DNA of 64,000 bases from NCBI GenBank assembly GCA_038213495.1, contig JBBQSY010000004.1, forward strand, positions 3,478 through 67,477, given 5' to 3'. Of the stretch, positions 18,661 through 29,294 are shown piece after piece (position 1 is the first letter of the stretch; the number at the start of each line of letters is the position of its first letter). The notes below the pieces were generated by a model that saw nothing but the letters and a program-made list of their open reading frames with translations, did not search any database and had not been told where the DNA came from. This DNA is from Bacteroidales bacterium (GTDB lineage: Bacteria > Bacteroidota > Bacteroidia > Bacteroidales > UBA4417). The translations under genes and the position numbers were made by a program.

Positions 18661-21099
18661 TTGAAAAAAATAATTTTCATCACTATAATAATATTGCTAT
18701 CAATCAGCACGATAGCAAAATCCGACAATTTAATAATTGAAAAAGCCAGTTTATCAGGAAAAATAATTGATAGTAAAACAGGTGAATCATTACCCGGAGT
18801 TGCCGTTTATCTCCCTGATTTAAAAATCGGTACAATCTCAGCAGCTGACGGAACTTATAAACTGGATAATCTACCTAAAACCAGGGTATTGGTTCAGGTT
18901 ACTTTTATCGGTTATAAGCTCATAGCCGAGACAATTGATTTGAGCCTGACATCAAACAGGGATTTTGAAATGGAAGTATCAGTAACAGAGCTTAACGAAG
19001 TAGTTGTAACCGGTATGTCGAAGGCTGCCGAAAGAAACCGCACACCGACTCCCATATCAATCATCCCTGCTCTCCAACTGCTTCAGGGAACTTCATCAAA
19101 TATAATTGATGCCATTGCAAAACAACCAGGTATAACGCAGATATCCACAGGGCCGGGAATTTCAAAACCGGTAATCCGCGGTCTTGGTTATAACCGGATT
19201 ATTACCCTGATCGACGGTATCAGGCAGGAAGGACAGCAGTGGGGCGATGAGCATGGCATTGAAATAGATGAATTTTCGGTGAGTAAGGTTGAAATATTAA
19301 AAGGTCCGGCCAGTTTATCCTATGGATCTGATGCCATGGCAGGAGTTATTAATTTTATTGCCCAACCGACTTTGCCTGAAGGCTTAATTGAAGGAAAAAT
19401 AGTATCCGAATACCAGACTAATAACGGTTTATTTGGAGCCTCAGTCAATGTTGCAGGAAATAAAAAGGGTTTTATCTGGGATATACGTTTCAGTAATAAA
19501 TTGGCACATGCTTATCAGAACAATTACGACAGGTACGTCTTCAATTCCGGTTACAAAGAAAATTCCGGTACTGCAATTATCGGGATAAATAAATCCTGGG
19601 GATACTCACATCTTCATCTTAGCATGTATAACATGAAACCTGGTATTGTTGAGGGTGAGCGCGACAGTATTTCAGGCCGTTTCATAAAGCCGGTTATTCT
19701 AGGTAGTAATGAAGCCGGTTATGTTCCGGCAACAAATAATGATTTCCTGTCCTATAATGCTACTATTCCGTACCAGGAAATAAGTCATTATAAAGCTGTT
19801 ATAAATAATAGTTTTATTATGGGCAATTCCACCCTGAAGGCTACCCTGGGTTGGCAACAGAACCGGCGGAAAGAGTTTGGGGATATTTTATCACCCGATC
19901 AGTATGGCTTGTACTTTTATCTGAATACCATCAATTATGATCTTCGCTTAATACTCCCTGATTATAATGGATTAAATATTTCCTTTGGGGTGAATGGAAT
20001 GCAGCAGAACTCACGGAATAAAGGGACCGAATTCCTGGTGCCGGCATACAAGCTCTTTGATGCTGGAATATTTGCCATTGCCCGTAAATCATACGATAAA
20101 TTTGAAATCAGCGGTGGCTTACGTTATGATTTGCGGTTTGAAAAAGGTGAAGATCTTTTTCTGGATGCAAATGGTATTCCTACCGAAAATCCTCTCGATA
20201 ACTCAATTCACAGGTTTGCAGCATTTAATGCAACGTATTCCGGTTTTTCGGGAAGCCTGGGCGCGACTTACCAGTTTTCGGAAAAACTTTTCACTAAAGT
20301 GAATATTTCCCGTGGTTACCGCGCTCCGAATATCGGAGAAATTGGCTCTAACGGGGTACATGAAGGCACGCTGAGATACGAATCGGGCGATCCGGCCTTG
20401 AAACCTGAAAATAGCCTTCAGCTGGATTATGCTTTGGGATTTAATTCTGAACATATCTCAGCAGGATTGGATCTGTTTTCCAACAATATACAGAACTATA
20501 TATATCTGCATAAAGCTGAAAGTATTTCGGGTGGTGATTCCATTCGTGACGGATACAGTGTTTTTAAATTTACCTCGGGAAATGCCATTCTCAACGGTGG
20601 AGAACTTACTATTGATATCCATCCTCACCCTCTGGACTGGCTCCATTTCGAGAATTCATTTTCATATGTTAATTCAGTGTTGAAAAATCAGCCGGATTCG
20701 TCAAAATACCTTCCACTGACACCACCTGCAAAACTATCATCCGAAATAAAAGCGATATCCGGCCACCTGGGTAAGCACCTGGCAAATGCATTTATAAAAT
20801 TCGGGCTGGAATACTACTTCAGGCAGAACAGGTTTTATTCTGCAAATGCCACAGAAACAGCGACTCCGGGTTATACTCTTCTGAATGCTGGTATAGGAGC
20901 AGATATAATAAAAGGCAATAAAACATTATTTTCCTTGTATGCGAGCGCTGATAATTTACTCGATGTTTCGTACCAGAGCCACTTAAGCAGGCTGAAATAT
21001 GCGCCTGAAAATAATTTTACCGGCAGAAACGGGGTTTTCAATATGGGCCGAAATTTTAGTTTTAAAGTTATAGTTCCGGTTGGAATATCGAAAAAATAA
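18661..21099 (+). CDS. TonB-dependent receptor with N-terminal CarboxypepD_reg-like domain
   Basis: TTG start with signal peptide MKKIIFITIIILLSISTIAKS. LSGKIIDSKTGESLPGVAVYL...GTYKLDNLP is the carboxypeptidase-regulatory-like domain. Plug blocks EVVVTG and DGIRQEGQQWGDEHG follow, then a long beta-barrel region with a terminal aromatic-rich strand. Confidence 0.88.
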   Translation: MKKIIFITIIILLSISTIAKSDNLIIEKASLSGKIIDSKTGESLPGVAVYLPDLKIGTISAADGTYKLDNLPKTRVLVQVTFIGYKLIAETIDLSLTSNRDFEMEVSVTELNEVVVTGMSKAAERNRTPTPISIIPALQLLQGTSSNIIDAIAKQPGITQISTGPGISKPVIRGLGYNRIITLIDGIRQEGQQWGDEHGIEIDEFSVSKVEILKGPASLSYGSDAMAGVINFIAQPTLPEGLIEGKIVSEYQTNNGLFGASVNVAGNKKGFIWDIRFSNKLAHAYQNNYDRYVFNSGYKENSGTAIIGINKSWGYSHLHLSMYNMKPGIVEGERDSISGRFIKPVILGSNEAGYVPATNNDFLSYNATIPYQEISHYKAVINNSFIMGNSTLKATLGWQQNRRKEFGDILSPDQYGLYFYLNTINYDLRLILPDYNGLNISFGVNGMQQNSRNKGTEFLVPAYKLFDAGIFAIARKSYDKFEISGGLRYDLRFEKGEDLFLDANGIPTENPLDNSIHRFAAFNATYSGFSGSLGATYQFSEKLFTKVNISRGYRAPNIGEIGSNGVHEGTLRYESGDPALKPENSLQLDYALGFNSEHISAGLDLFSNNIQNYIYLHKAESISGGDSIRDGYSVFKFTSGNAILNGGELTIDIHPHPLDWLHFENSFSYVNSVLKNQPDSSKYLPLTPPAKLSSEIKAISGHLGKHLANAFIKFGLEYYFRQNRFYSANATETATPGYTLLNAGIGADIIKGNKTLFSLYASADNLLDVSYQSHLSRLKYAPENNFTGRNGVFNMGRNFSFKVIVPVGISKK

Positions 21100-21153
21100 T
21101 CCAAAAGTAAGGGCATTTAAATGATACAAAAACATGTTACGATATCCCTGAAA

Positions 21154-22845
21154 TCATTTATTCCGGATCACCTGGATTTTTTTATTCAGGATACTGCCTT
21201 TAACTTCAATCTGAAAAAAATAATTGCCTGAAGGCCAGTTACAATCAACACTTGTTTGACTTGTCAATGGAGTTAAGGTAGTCACTACCCTGCCTGTTAT
21301 ATCTTTAACTATGATTTTTTGAATCAGGTCATCTGATTTAACAGTTACCTGTTCGTTTATAGCCGGATTGGGATAAACCGAAATTTCTGATTGTTTTTTG
21401 AAACCTGTACCCAAGGTACCAGTGTTCAGTCGCACATTCAGCACAGTAGTTTGTTTATCAGCTACCTGAACGGCAAATGATTTAGGAAGATGACCATTCG
21501 CAGAATATGTTACTGTATAATTATCGCTTTTAAGCAGCCGGTGGTAATCTCCAACCTGCGCATCTGTGTACACATGGGAACTGTCTTTATCAAAACCCGA
21601 AATATATACTTTTGCATACAAAGGTTCACCTGTCAGCGAGTCGGTCACAAGTCCGTGCAGGCCATACCCTGCCTGTTCGATATAATTAAGGAGGGAGCGG
21701 TAATTGTAATTCCAGTATGCAAGCAGTTGATTTTCAGGCAATATCTTGGTATTCGATAACTCAATAGTGACTTCGCGGCAATAGCGGTAGTAGCTCATAT
21801 AATCCTGTCTTCCGCCGGTAACCGTGTACCAGGCATATCCGTCGGTGATCCCGTTATTCAGATAAGTCATATAACCTGCAGGCGAATTAGCATGTACAGT
21901 ATCGGCATATGCACGACTGGTATAATACCACCAGGCATTATCTGCTGTAAGCCTCGACCATGTATCCCAGGGATAGTTTACCACTTCGGCGCCCCCGTGA
22001 AAATTAGCTCCCATGGTAAAAGTATTCTGCTTTGCAAAATCCATAAATGCCACTGTTTCAGACTGCCATGCATTGCCATCAGGATGTAATCCGGCAGCGG
22101 GATCAGGATAGTTCCGATTCAGGTCTATATTGTTGGCATTAGATCGGGTTGCTCCGTTTACGTTATTGTTTCCACCTTTGTAAGTGCCGTCGGGATTGGC
22201 CAGGGGACAGATTACAACATCAAAATTATTGACAAGTTTTGTTATCCTCTTATCTGTACCGTAACCATTTAATATATAATCAGCAAGATGAAGCATCAAG
22301 ATGTAGCCGGTAACTTCATCGCCATGCATCGTTGATGAATACAGGAACTCAGGCTCGTTTTCCTCAACACCGGGGTTATCTGAAATACGTAAGGCAAGAA
22401 TCTTTCGACCGCTAGCGAGTGTTGTAATTGTGATGAGTTTACAAATATCAGGGTGGTCGGATGCAAATTGTTGCATCAGGTTTTCGTATGCCGAATAGGT
22501 TGGATAATAATTCCAGGTGAGAACCTGTCTGGGATCATTGGTCATCTGAACCGTGTTGAGTTCAGAGGGTGCTGTGAGAACCCTGTAATCTGTTACCTGC
22601 TTCGTAAATTCAGAAAATTCATTTTGGTTGGCATACGCAAAAACGGTATTGCCCTCTATGGAACTAATGGAAATTGTTTTAGAGAGGGATACGATTTGAC
22701 CGGGGTCATTTAATTGAAAGCTAAAGTAAACTTCTCCCCGCCGGAAAAGTTCCTGCTGTGCCTGGCTTTTTTGCTTTAATTCGGACTGTGCTGAACAAAT
22801 TCTGAATGCAGAAATTAAAGAAATAAGAAGTAATAATTTTTTCAT
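21154..22845 (-). CDS. M14 family zinc carboxypeptidase with T9SS C-terminal sorting domain
   Basis: Signal peptide. STMHGDEVTG holds the HxxE zinc ligands, followed by DLNRNYPDP. The C-terminal ISVYPNPAINEQVTV...GNYFFQIEV...KIQVIRNK is a T9SS tail. Confidence 0.88.
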   Translation of the reverse strand: MKKLLLLISLISAFRICSAQSELKQKSQAQQELFRRGEVYFSFQLNDPGQIVSLSKTISISSIEGNTVFAYANQNEFSEFTKQVTDYRVLTAPSELNTVQMTNDPRQVLTWNYYPTYSAYENLMQQFASDHPDICKLITITTLASGRKILALRISDNPGVEENEPEFLYSSTMHGDEVTGYILMLHLADYILNGYGTDKRITKLVNNFDVVICPLANPDGTYKGGNNNVNGATRSNANNIDLNRNYPDPAAGLHPDGNAWQSETVAFMDFAKQNTFTMGANFHGGAEVVNYPWDTWSRLTADNAWWYYTSRAYADTVHANSPAGYMTYLNNGITDGYAWYTVTGGRQDYMSYYRYCREVTIELSNTKILPENQLLAYWNYNYRSLLNYIEQAGYGLHGLVTDSLTGEPLYAKVYISGFDKDSSHVYTDAQVGDYHRLLKSDNYTVTYSANGHLPKSFAVQVADKQTTVLNVRLNTGTLGTGFKKQSEISVYPNPAINEQVTVKSDDLIQKIIVKDITGRVVTTLTPLTSQTSVDCNWPSGNYFFQIEVKGSILNKKIQVIRNK

Positions 22846-22862
22846 GCATTCAGGGCTTGTGT

Positions 22863-23759
22863 TTATTTCTGAAGAGTCGGCTCAAGTTCAGCCATGATAG
22901 CTGCCAACTGGTTGAAATGTGCTTTTTCGATCTTTACCAATGGCAAACGCAGGTTATTGGATATTATTTCTTTAATTTCCAAAGCTGCCTTGATGCCTGA
23001 CGGATTGCCATCTGCAAAAACAGATCGTATGAAATCCGATAATTTATAATGGATTTCGCGGGCTTTCTTCATTTCGCCTTTCAAGCCGAGAGCTACCATT
23101 TCGGAAAACATCTTCGGATAGGCGTTGCCGATAACGGAAATCACTCCGTCGGCACCCATGCCCAGCAGTGGCAAGGTGAGCAGGTCATCGCCTGATATTA
23201 CAAGGAAGTCTTTGGGCTTATTCCGGATAATATCCATAATTTGCTCAATGTTTCCTGAAGCTTCTTTAATACCGATAATATTATCAAAATCATTTGCCAG
23301 TTGCAGGGTGATTTCGGGTTTCATATTCACGGCAGTGCGGCCCGGAACATTGTACATAATTATAGGAAGCGGACTTACCGTGGCGATGTTTTTATAATGC
23401 AGATAGATACCGCGTTGCTGCGGTTTGATATAGTAAGGTGTTACCGAAAGGATTGCATCATACCCTTCGAGCGAATGCATCCGGATATTATTTATCACAT
23501 CCTGGGTGTTATTGCCTCCCATACCTAATACAAGGGGTACCCTCTTATTTGTGATCTCAACAACAAATTCAGCGAGCGCATGTTTCTCATCCCTGCTTAA
23601 TGTAGCAGTTTCGGCAGTTGTGCCCTGTACCACAAGGTAATTCACTCCTCCGGCTATCAAATGTTCAATAAGGCGCTCGAGTGCAGTAAAATCGATCGTA
23701 CCTTGTTTATGAAACGGAGTAATCATGGCTACTCCTGTGCCTCTGAATTTAATGCTCAT
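22863..23759 (-). CDS. dapA: 4-hydroxy-tetrahydrodipicolinate synthase
   Basis: GTGVAMITPF, VVQGTTAETATLS, YNVPGRT and IIGIKEASG (catalytic Lys) are DapA blocks. Confidence 0.93.
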   Translation of the reverse strand: MSIKFRGTGVAMITPFHKQGTIDFTALERLIEHLIAGGVNYLVVQGTTAETATLSRDEKHALAEFVVEITNKRVPLVLGMGGNNTQDVINNIRMHSLEGYDAILSVTPYYIKPQQRGIYLHYKNIATVSPLPIIMYNVPGRTAVNMKPEITLQLANDFDNIIGIKEASGNIEQIMDIIRNKPKDFLVISGDDLLTLPLLGMGADGVISVIGNAYPKMFSEMVALGLKGEMKKAREIHYKLSDFIRSVFADGNPSGIKAALEIKEIISNNLRLPLVKIEKAHFNQLAAIMAELEPTLQK

Positions 23760-23763
23760 AATG

Positions 23764-24309
23764 TTAGTTATTTATTCTGCTTAAATAATGAATTACCTGG
23801 GCGGCAAATGAATCAAGGGTTTCGTCCGGCACAGCATGTATCATCAGGTCATAATACAATTGATGATCTTCCTGGAACCTGCCGACTTTCAGTCCGGCCT
23901 TTGACAAAGCGGCGCAATAAAGCAAAGGCAAATGGTCGTTTAAACTCAGGTCTATCAAAATGTCGTACTCAGTATCTATAAATTCTTTTACAAAAGCCTT
24001 TTGCGGTTGGTACAGCAGATTAACATCTTTGACTGTAATGATATCCTGCGAGATTTTCGGTATGAAAAAATGAGGTACAGTTTTCAAATCAGTATAACAT
24101 ACCACTTTTACTTTGAGATTCATCTTAGTGAGTCGGCTCAAAATAGTTTCCATATCCCTGTATATAGCTTCATCGGGAAGATAATACAGCAATGCTACCG
24201 TTTTGGCATTAAGCAGATTAATCTGTTTCTGCTGCCTGTCCATTTCATTTATTTGCTTAAGCAGAAACGACTTAGCAAATTTTTCGCGTATATTTTTGAA
24301 TAGTTTCAA
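23764..24309 (-). CDS. hypothetical protein (conserved Bacteroidota-type, co-transcribed with dapA)
   Basis: 181-aa ORF ending 4 bp before the dapA start. No motif recognised. Confidence 0.6.
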   Translation of the reverse strand: MKLFKNIREKFAKSFLLKQINEMDRQQKQINLLNAKTVALLYYLPDEAIYRDMETILSRLTKMNLKVKVVCYTDLKTVPHFFIPKISQDIITVKDVNLLYQPQKAFVKEFIDTEYDILIDLSLNDHLPLLYCAALSKAGLKVGRFQEDHQLYYDLMIHAVPDETLDSFAAQVIHYLSRINN

Positions 24310-24471
24310 TGAAATTCATTTATTGACCCGGATAGTACCGACAATACGGCTACTATTGCTTGTAACGTGCTAAAATACTTATTTTTTTATCTCAAGCGCT
24401 ATTTATTTGTAAAAAGCTGATTCACAAAAAAAAATAAGGTAGCCGAAATTTAAACTATGGTTTCCGTAAGC

Positions 24472-24990
24472 CTACCTGTAATTATCATAGCAGGATATAA
24501 TTTCACCGATATACATCCTGTGAAAGTCCTTTTTGGGGTAATTGGCATTAATTCTTTCGACCATGAAATTTTCAGGAATTATATCCGAAAAGTACAGTTT
24601 ACGGCATTCAATCATAAGTTTTGCCTGCTCGAAAAAGACAGATCCCTTTGGTGATTCTATTGGTTTGAGTCCCGTCGCCTTCATTTTATCTGTCTGACGT
24701 CCTGATACTTTTCCACATAAATTTAACGCATCACGATAAATCTCATCAAAAAAGCTCATGGTAAAAAACTCATTCGACTCCATAAATTTATAGGTATAAC
24801 GCTGCGGCCTGACGAAACAAAATACGACGGGCTTGTTCCACAGTATACCCATCCCGCCCCAACTTGCGGTCATGGTATTAAAGGCATCCTTGTTTCCCGC
24901 TGTGAGCAGAAACCAATCATTATCGATGAGGGTAAAAGGATTCTGTTGGATATCCTGAGGTTCAATTTTATTTAAATCTTTATACGTCAT
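24472..24990 (-). CDS. flavin reductase family protein (flavoredoxin-like)
   Basis: NTMTASWGGMGILWNKPVVFCFVRPQRYT is the typical flavin-reductase-like FMN-binding split-barrel block. Confidence 0.8.
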   Translation of the reverse strand: MTYKDLNKIEPQDIQQNPFTLIDNDWFLLTAGNKDAFNTMTASWGGMGILWNKPVVFCFVRPQRYTYKFMESNEFFTMSFFDEIYRDALNLCGKVSGRQTDKMKATGLKPIESPKGSVFFEQAKLMIECRKLYFSDIIPENFMVERINANYPKKDFHRMYIGEIISCYDNYR

Positions 24991-26630
24991 TTTGTTTTCT
25001 TTACTTGTTTCAGATTAAGGAGATTTAACGGGTTTGAACTTAAGCCGGAAATATTCTTCCGGCTGAATCGCAGCACTTCATCATAGTAAAGCACAACCAC
25101 CGGAGCTTGTTCCATCAACAGTTTGTCCATTCGCATATAGATTGTCCCCCTGATAGAGTCATTCGTTTCGGTGTTGCTTTTTACATATAATTGATCAAAT
25201 TCAGGTGAGCTAAAATGTGTGTAGTTCGGTCCGGCCGGGCAAAAATTAGGAGAATAAAACAAAGAAAGATAATTTTCGGCATCCGGGTAGTCAGCTATCC
25301 AGGAGCCTCTGAAGAAATTCGCTTTCGACTGTGCAATCATTTCCCGTAAGGTTGCCGGAGGAGTAACGTCAATTTTCAGGTCAATACCAATTTCACCCAG
25401 CTGACTTTGAATAAATTTACATAGGTCAAGGTAGGAAGCGTTTGTTGTAAGGGTTATTGAAGGAAGGCCTTTTCCGCCCGGGAAACCAGCTTTGCCAAGC
25501 AATTGAATTGCTTTGGCTGGATCATAATGATATCCGCCGATCCTGCTCTGATCGAACCAGGGTATGCCTGCCGGGACAAAACCTGCAGTTCCGGCTCTCC
25601 CGATATTATTCCGGAGATAGCGCATCATCTTTACCCGGTCGAATCCATAATTGACAGCCTGCCTGATGAGTTTGTTTTTAAGCGGGCTTACGGCTGCGGC
25701 TGAAAAACTGGTATCAATTAAAATGCCGAGATATTCGGTGTTCAGGTAAGGTTGTTTGGTTAAGTTGATCAGGTTGGAATATTTCGGACGCAATTCCCCG
25801 CTACCGGTCAACAGTTCATCCTTATAGCTCACATCAATCCCCGAAATAAAATCAAGATTGCCTTTTATAAATTCGAGGAAAGCTGATTGTTTATCTACAA
25901 TAAATGTAACTGCGACAGCATCAAGATAGGGCAGAGGACCATCCTCACCTTTTTCAAAATAATGATCATTTTTAAGCATTACCAGTTTTACGCCTTCTTT
26001 CCACATGCCCAGCCGAAAAGGACCGGTTCCGACCGGATGACGCCTGAAATCAGCACCATATTTTTCAACCACTTCCCGGGGTACAACCGAACAATATTGC
26101 ATGCTTAATAGTCCAAGGAACGGAGGAAATGCAGCTTTAAGACTGATAATCAGTGTGCTGTCGTCAGGAGCTTTAAACGGATTCTCTTTATTTGGATTTC
26201 CGGCTTTTTCGAGCACCCAGGCACCCGGCGATGCAAGTCCGGGATTCAGTAAACGATTGAAACTATAGATGAAATCATCAGCTACAACTTTTCTTCCTTT
26301 GTTTCCCCCGAAAGCTGCATCAGGAATAAAAAATACATCGCCCCTTAAGTGAAAGGTATATTCCATGCCATCCGGCGATATTTCCCAGCTTCGAGCAATG
26401 CAAGGTTTAACTTTCAAATTATCATCCAGTTGCACCAAACCGTTAAATAATTGATTCGTGGCCCAGATGTTGGCCTGGTCCCGTGCAAAGGCAGGATCAA
26501 GAGATGTAATTCCTGCCGACTCATTATACCGGAATACTGTTCTTCCGTCATTTTCAAAACGCCCTGATTTACAAGCTGAGAGCAGCAGTGCTGATATGAG
26601 TGAGAGAAAGTACAACGATAAAAGCTTCAT
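24987..26630 (-). CDS. ABC transporter substrate-binding protein, family 5 (peptide/nickel type), lipoprotein
   Basis: MKLLSLYFLSLISALLLSAC is a lipobox. The length and blocks (ESAGITSLDPAFARD, LVQLDDNLKVKPCIARSWE, YNPNFCPAGPNYTHF) are typical of SBP_bac_5. Confidence 0.8.
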   Translation of the reverse strand: MKLLSLYFLSLISALLLSACKSGRFENDGRTVFRYNESAGITSLDPAFARDQANIWATNQLFNGLVQLDDNLKVKPCIARSWEISPDGMEYTFHLRGDVFFIPDAAFGGNKGRKVVADDFIYSFNRLLNPGLASPGAWVLEKAGNPNKENPFKAPDDSTLIISLKAAFPPFLGLLSMQYCSVVPREVVEKYGADFRRHPVGTGPFRLGMWKEGVKLVMLKNDHYFEKGEDGPLPYLDAVAVTFIVDKQSAFLEFIKGNLDFISGIDVSYKDELLTGSGELRPKYSNLINLTKQPYLNTEYLGILIDTSFSAAAVSPLKNKLIRQAVNYGFDRVKMMRYLRNNIGRAGTAGFVPAGIPWFDQSRIGGYHYDPAKAIQLLGKAGFPGGKGLPSITLTTNASYLDLCKFIQSQLGEIGIDLKIDVTPPATLREMIAQSKANFFRGSWIADYPDAENYLSLFYSPNFCPAGPNYTHFSSPEFDQLYVKSNTETNDSIRGTIYMRMDKLLMEQAPVVVLYYDEVLRFSRKNISGLSSNPLNLLNLKQVKKTK

Positions 26631-26651
26631 CAGAACGGATTAATGAATCTT

Positions 26652-26659
26652 CAAAATTA
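26652..26659 (-). promoter_or_regulatory. candidate -7 box (TAATTTTG on minus strand) for the substrate-binding-protein gene
   Basis: Plus-strand CAAAATTA is the reverse complement of TAATTTTG and lies 21 nt upstream of the start at 26630. I saw no matching -33 element. Confidence 0.3.
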
Positions 26660-26814
26660 CGGGTTTAGCTGATACACGAGATGTTGAATCATTAAATTAG
26701 TTCGATCACAATTTGATTTATGCCAAAATCGAATATTTGAGCCAGCAATTGAGTGTTTTCCACTGTTATTGACATTACCAGGATGACGAATTTTGTAAAC
26801 CATGACGACAGAGC

Positions 26815-26842
26815 AAAAAAAAACCGGTATTTCTCCGGTTTT
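26815..26842 (-). terminator. Rho-independent terminator of lon
   Basis: The minus strand reads AAAACCGG-agaaata-CCGGTTTT followed by further T residues (complement of the A-run 26815-26823), about 20 nt after the lon stop. Confidence 0.75.
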
Positions 26843-26861
26843 CTTTTGTTGAGCAACGACT

Positions 26862-29294
26862 TTAATTTTTCTTTATCAGCGCCAGGTCAAGAACATCAAT
26901 CATATCTCTCAGGTAATGAAATGTTAGTCCTTTAATATATGCGGGTTTTATTTCCATAATATCCCGTTTATTTTCCTCTGACAATATAATATCGGTAATC
27001 TTAGCCCTCTTGGCAGCAAGTATCTTTTCTTTCACGCCACCCACCGGCAGAATGCGCCCCCTGAGGGTAATCTCGCCTGACATGGCTAGTTTTTCATTCA
27101 CGGGTTGTTTCGTGAATGCGGAAGCAAGTGCTGTAAACATGGTGATGCCTGCCGAAGGACCATCCTTGGGTGTGGCGCCTTCGGGAACATGTATATGCAC
27201 ATTCCATTTTTCGAATACTTCATTCTCGAGTTTCAACAGGTTTGCATGCGATTTGAGGTATTCGTAGGCCAGCGATGCTGATTCTTTCATCACATCACCC
27301 AGGTTTCCGGTTACTGCCAGATTGCCTTTTCCGGGGCTCAGGCTTACTTCAACAAAAAGAATTTCGCCACCTACAGCTGTCCAGGCAAGGCCTGTAGCTA
27401 CCCCAGGCGTTTTTCCCGAGTAACTTTTTTCGTTATTGAATGGCGCCGGCCCAAGTATTTTCTCCAGGTCAGTAGTTGTAAGATCAGAAGAAATTTCCTC
27501 ATCCATTGCTATGTAACGTGCGCGGTTGCGTATTACTTTGGCAATCGTTTTTTCAAGTAAACGTACACCTGATTCCCTTGTGAAATTCTCGATAATTGAC
27601 TGAAGAACAGGCTTGCTAAAGGTTATCTTCTTTTTGTCAACGCCGTGTTCTTTCAATTGTTTTGGGACAAGGTGCCTGCGAGCAATTTCTATCTTTTCTT
27701 CAATAAGGTAACCGCTCAGATCAATGACCTCCATCCTGTCGCGCAAGGCCGGATGAACTGAATTAAGCGAGTTAGCGGTAGCAATAAACATTACTTTGGA
27801 TAAATCGTATTCTACTTCGAGGAAATTGTCGTAAAATGAACTGTTCTGTTCGGGATCAAGTACTTCGAGCAAAGCTGCCGAAGGGTCGCCGTTCACTGTC
27901 ATACCCGAAACTTTGTCGATTTCATCCAGCACAAAGACGGGATTAGATGATTTTGCCTTGCGGATACTCTGTACAATACGGCCGGGCATTGCACCGATAT
28001 AGGTGCGGCGATGTCCGCGTATTTCAGCTTCATCGTGCAAACCGCCCAGTGACATACGGATATAATTCCGCCCTATTGCCCGGGCAATCGATTTGCCGAG
28101 TGAGGTTTTGCCAACTCCCGGAGGGCCTACAAGGCATAAAATTGGTGATTTCATGTCACCCTTGAGTTTTAGAACGGCTAAGTACTCTATAATTCGTTCT
28201 TTAACTTTCTCCATACCATAATGGTCTTTGTCGAGGACCTTCTGTGCCCGGTGCAAATCAAAATTATCTGCTGTAAAAGTATCCCAGGGCAGATCAACCA
28301 TTACTTCGAGATAGTTAACCTGCATACCGAACTCCATGGCCATAGGGTTCATGCGTTGAAGCTTTGCAATTTCTTTTTCAAATACTTTAAAAGCAACTTC
28401 AGGCCATTTTCTGGAATATGCTTTTGCCTTTATTTCATTGATTTGTTGATCGTTAGGATTGTTGCCAAGCTCTTCCTGTATCTGTTTCAACTGCTGATTC
28501 AACAAATAATCGCGCTGTTGTTTGTCCATATCCACCTTCACCTTATTCTGAATCTGGTTTTTCAGATCAAGCATCTGTAACTCCTTGGTAAGCAAACCCA
28601 GAACCCTGTTGGCACGCTCTTCGAGGTCAAGAATACCTAACAAATTTTGCTTTTCATTGATTTCAACATTCAGGTTCGAAGCTACAAAATTGACCAGGAA
28701 AACCGGGCTTTCAATGTTTTTTATTGCAAAAGCGGCTTCACTTGGGAGGTTAGGAGACTGATTTATAATTTGAATCGACAGATCCTTGATGGATGCAATC
28801 AATGCTTCGAAACGTTTGTCATTATTTTTAACAAAAACATTTTGATCAACAGCATGCACTTCGGCCTTAAAATAAGGTTCCGATTGCAGCATGGCTCCAA
28901 GTTCGAAACGCTTTTTGCCTTGTATAATGGCAGTCGTGTTTCCATCAGGCAATTGAAGGATTTTAATGATATAAGCAACAGTGCCAATCTTGTTCAGGTC
29001 TTCAAAACCGGGATCTTCAATATCACCATCTACCTGCGAAACCACCCCGATAATACGTTCCCCTTTATAGAACTCCTTTATCAGTCGGATGGATTTATCA
29101 CGGCCAACAGTGATTGGTATAACCACGCCGGGGAATAAAACTGTGTTACGCAAGGGAAGTATAGGCAGAACCGGTGGAACATCTTCAGCATTAATTAATT
29201 CTTCATCTTCTGCCGAAAGCAATGGGATGAATTCAGTTTCATCTTCAAGTACATTTGAAAGATGGAGATCGGCTATATTAATATTATTGTCCAT
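26862..29294 (-). CDS. lon: ATP-dependent endopeptidase La (Lon protease)
   Basis: N-terminal LON domain, Walker A GPPGVGKTS, FVLDEIDK and catalytic-serine block PKDGPSAGITMFTAL. Confidence 0.96.
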   Translation of the reverse strand: MDNNINIADLHLSNVLEDETEFIPLLSAEDEELINAEDVPPVLPILPLRNTVLFPGVVIPITVGRDKSIRLIKEFYKGERIIGVVSQVDGDIEDPGFEDLNKIGTVAYIIKILQLPDGNTTAIIQGKKRFELGAMLQSEPYFKAEVHAVDQNVFVKNNDKRFEALIASIKDLSIQIINQSPNLPSEAAFAIKNIESPVFLVNFVASNLNVEINEKQNLLGILDLEERANRVLGLLTKELQMLDLKNQIQNKVKVDMDKQQRDYLLNQQLKQIQEELGNNPNDQQINEIKAKAYSRKWPEVAFKVFEKEIAKLQRMNPMAMEFGMQVNYLEVMVDLPWDTFTADNFDLHRAQKVLDKDHYGMEKVKERIIEYLAVLKLKGDMKSPILCLVGPPGVGKTSLGKSIARAIGRNYIRMSLGGLHDEAEIRGHRRTYIGAMPGRIVQSIRKAKSSNPVFVLDEIDKVSGMTVNGDPSAALLEVLDPEQNSSFYDNFLEVEYDLSKVMFIATANSLNSVHPALRDRMEVIDLSGYLIEEKIEIARRHLVPKQLKEHGVDKKKITFSKPVLQSIIENFTRESGVRLLEKTIAKVIRNRARYIAMDEEISSDLTTTDLEKILGPAPFNNEKSYSGKTPGVATGLAWTAVGGEILFVEVSLSPGKGNLAVTGNLGDVMKESASLAYEYLKSHANLLKLENEVFEKWNVHIHVPEGATPKDGPSAGITMFTALASAFTKQPVNEKLAMSGEITLRGRILPVGGVKEKILAAKRAKITDIILSEENKRDIMEIKPAYIKGLTFHYLRDMIDVLDLALIKKN

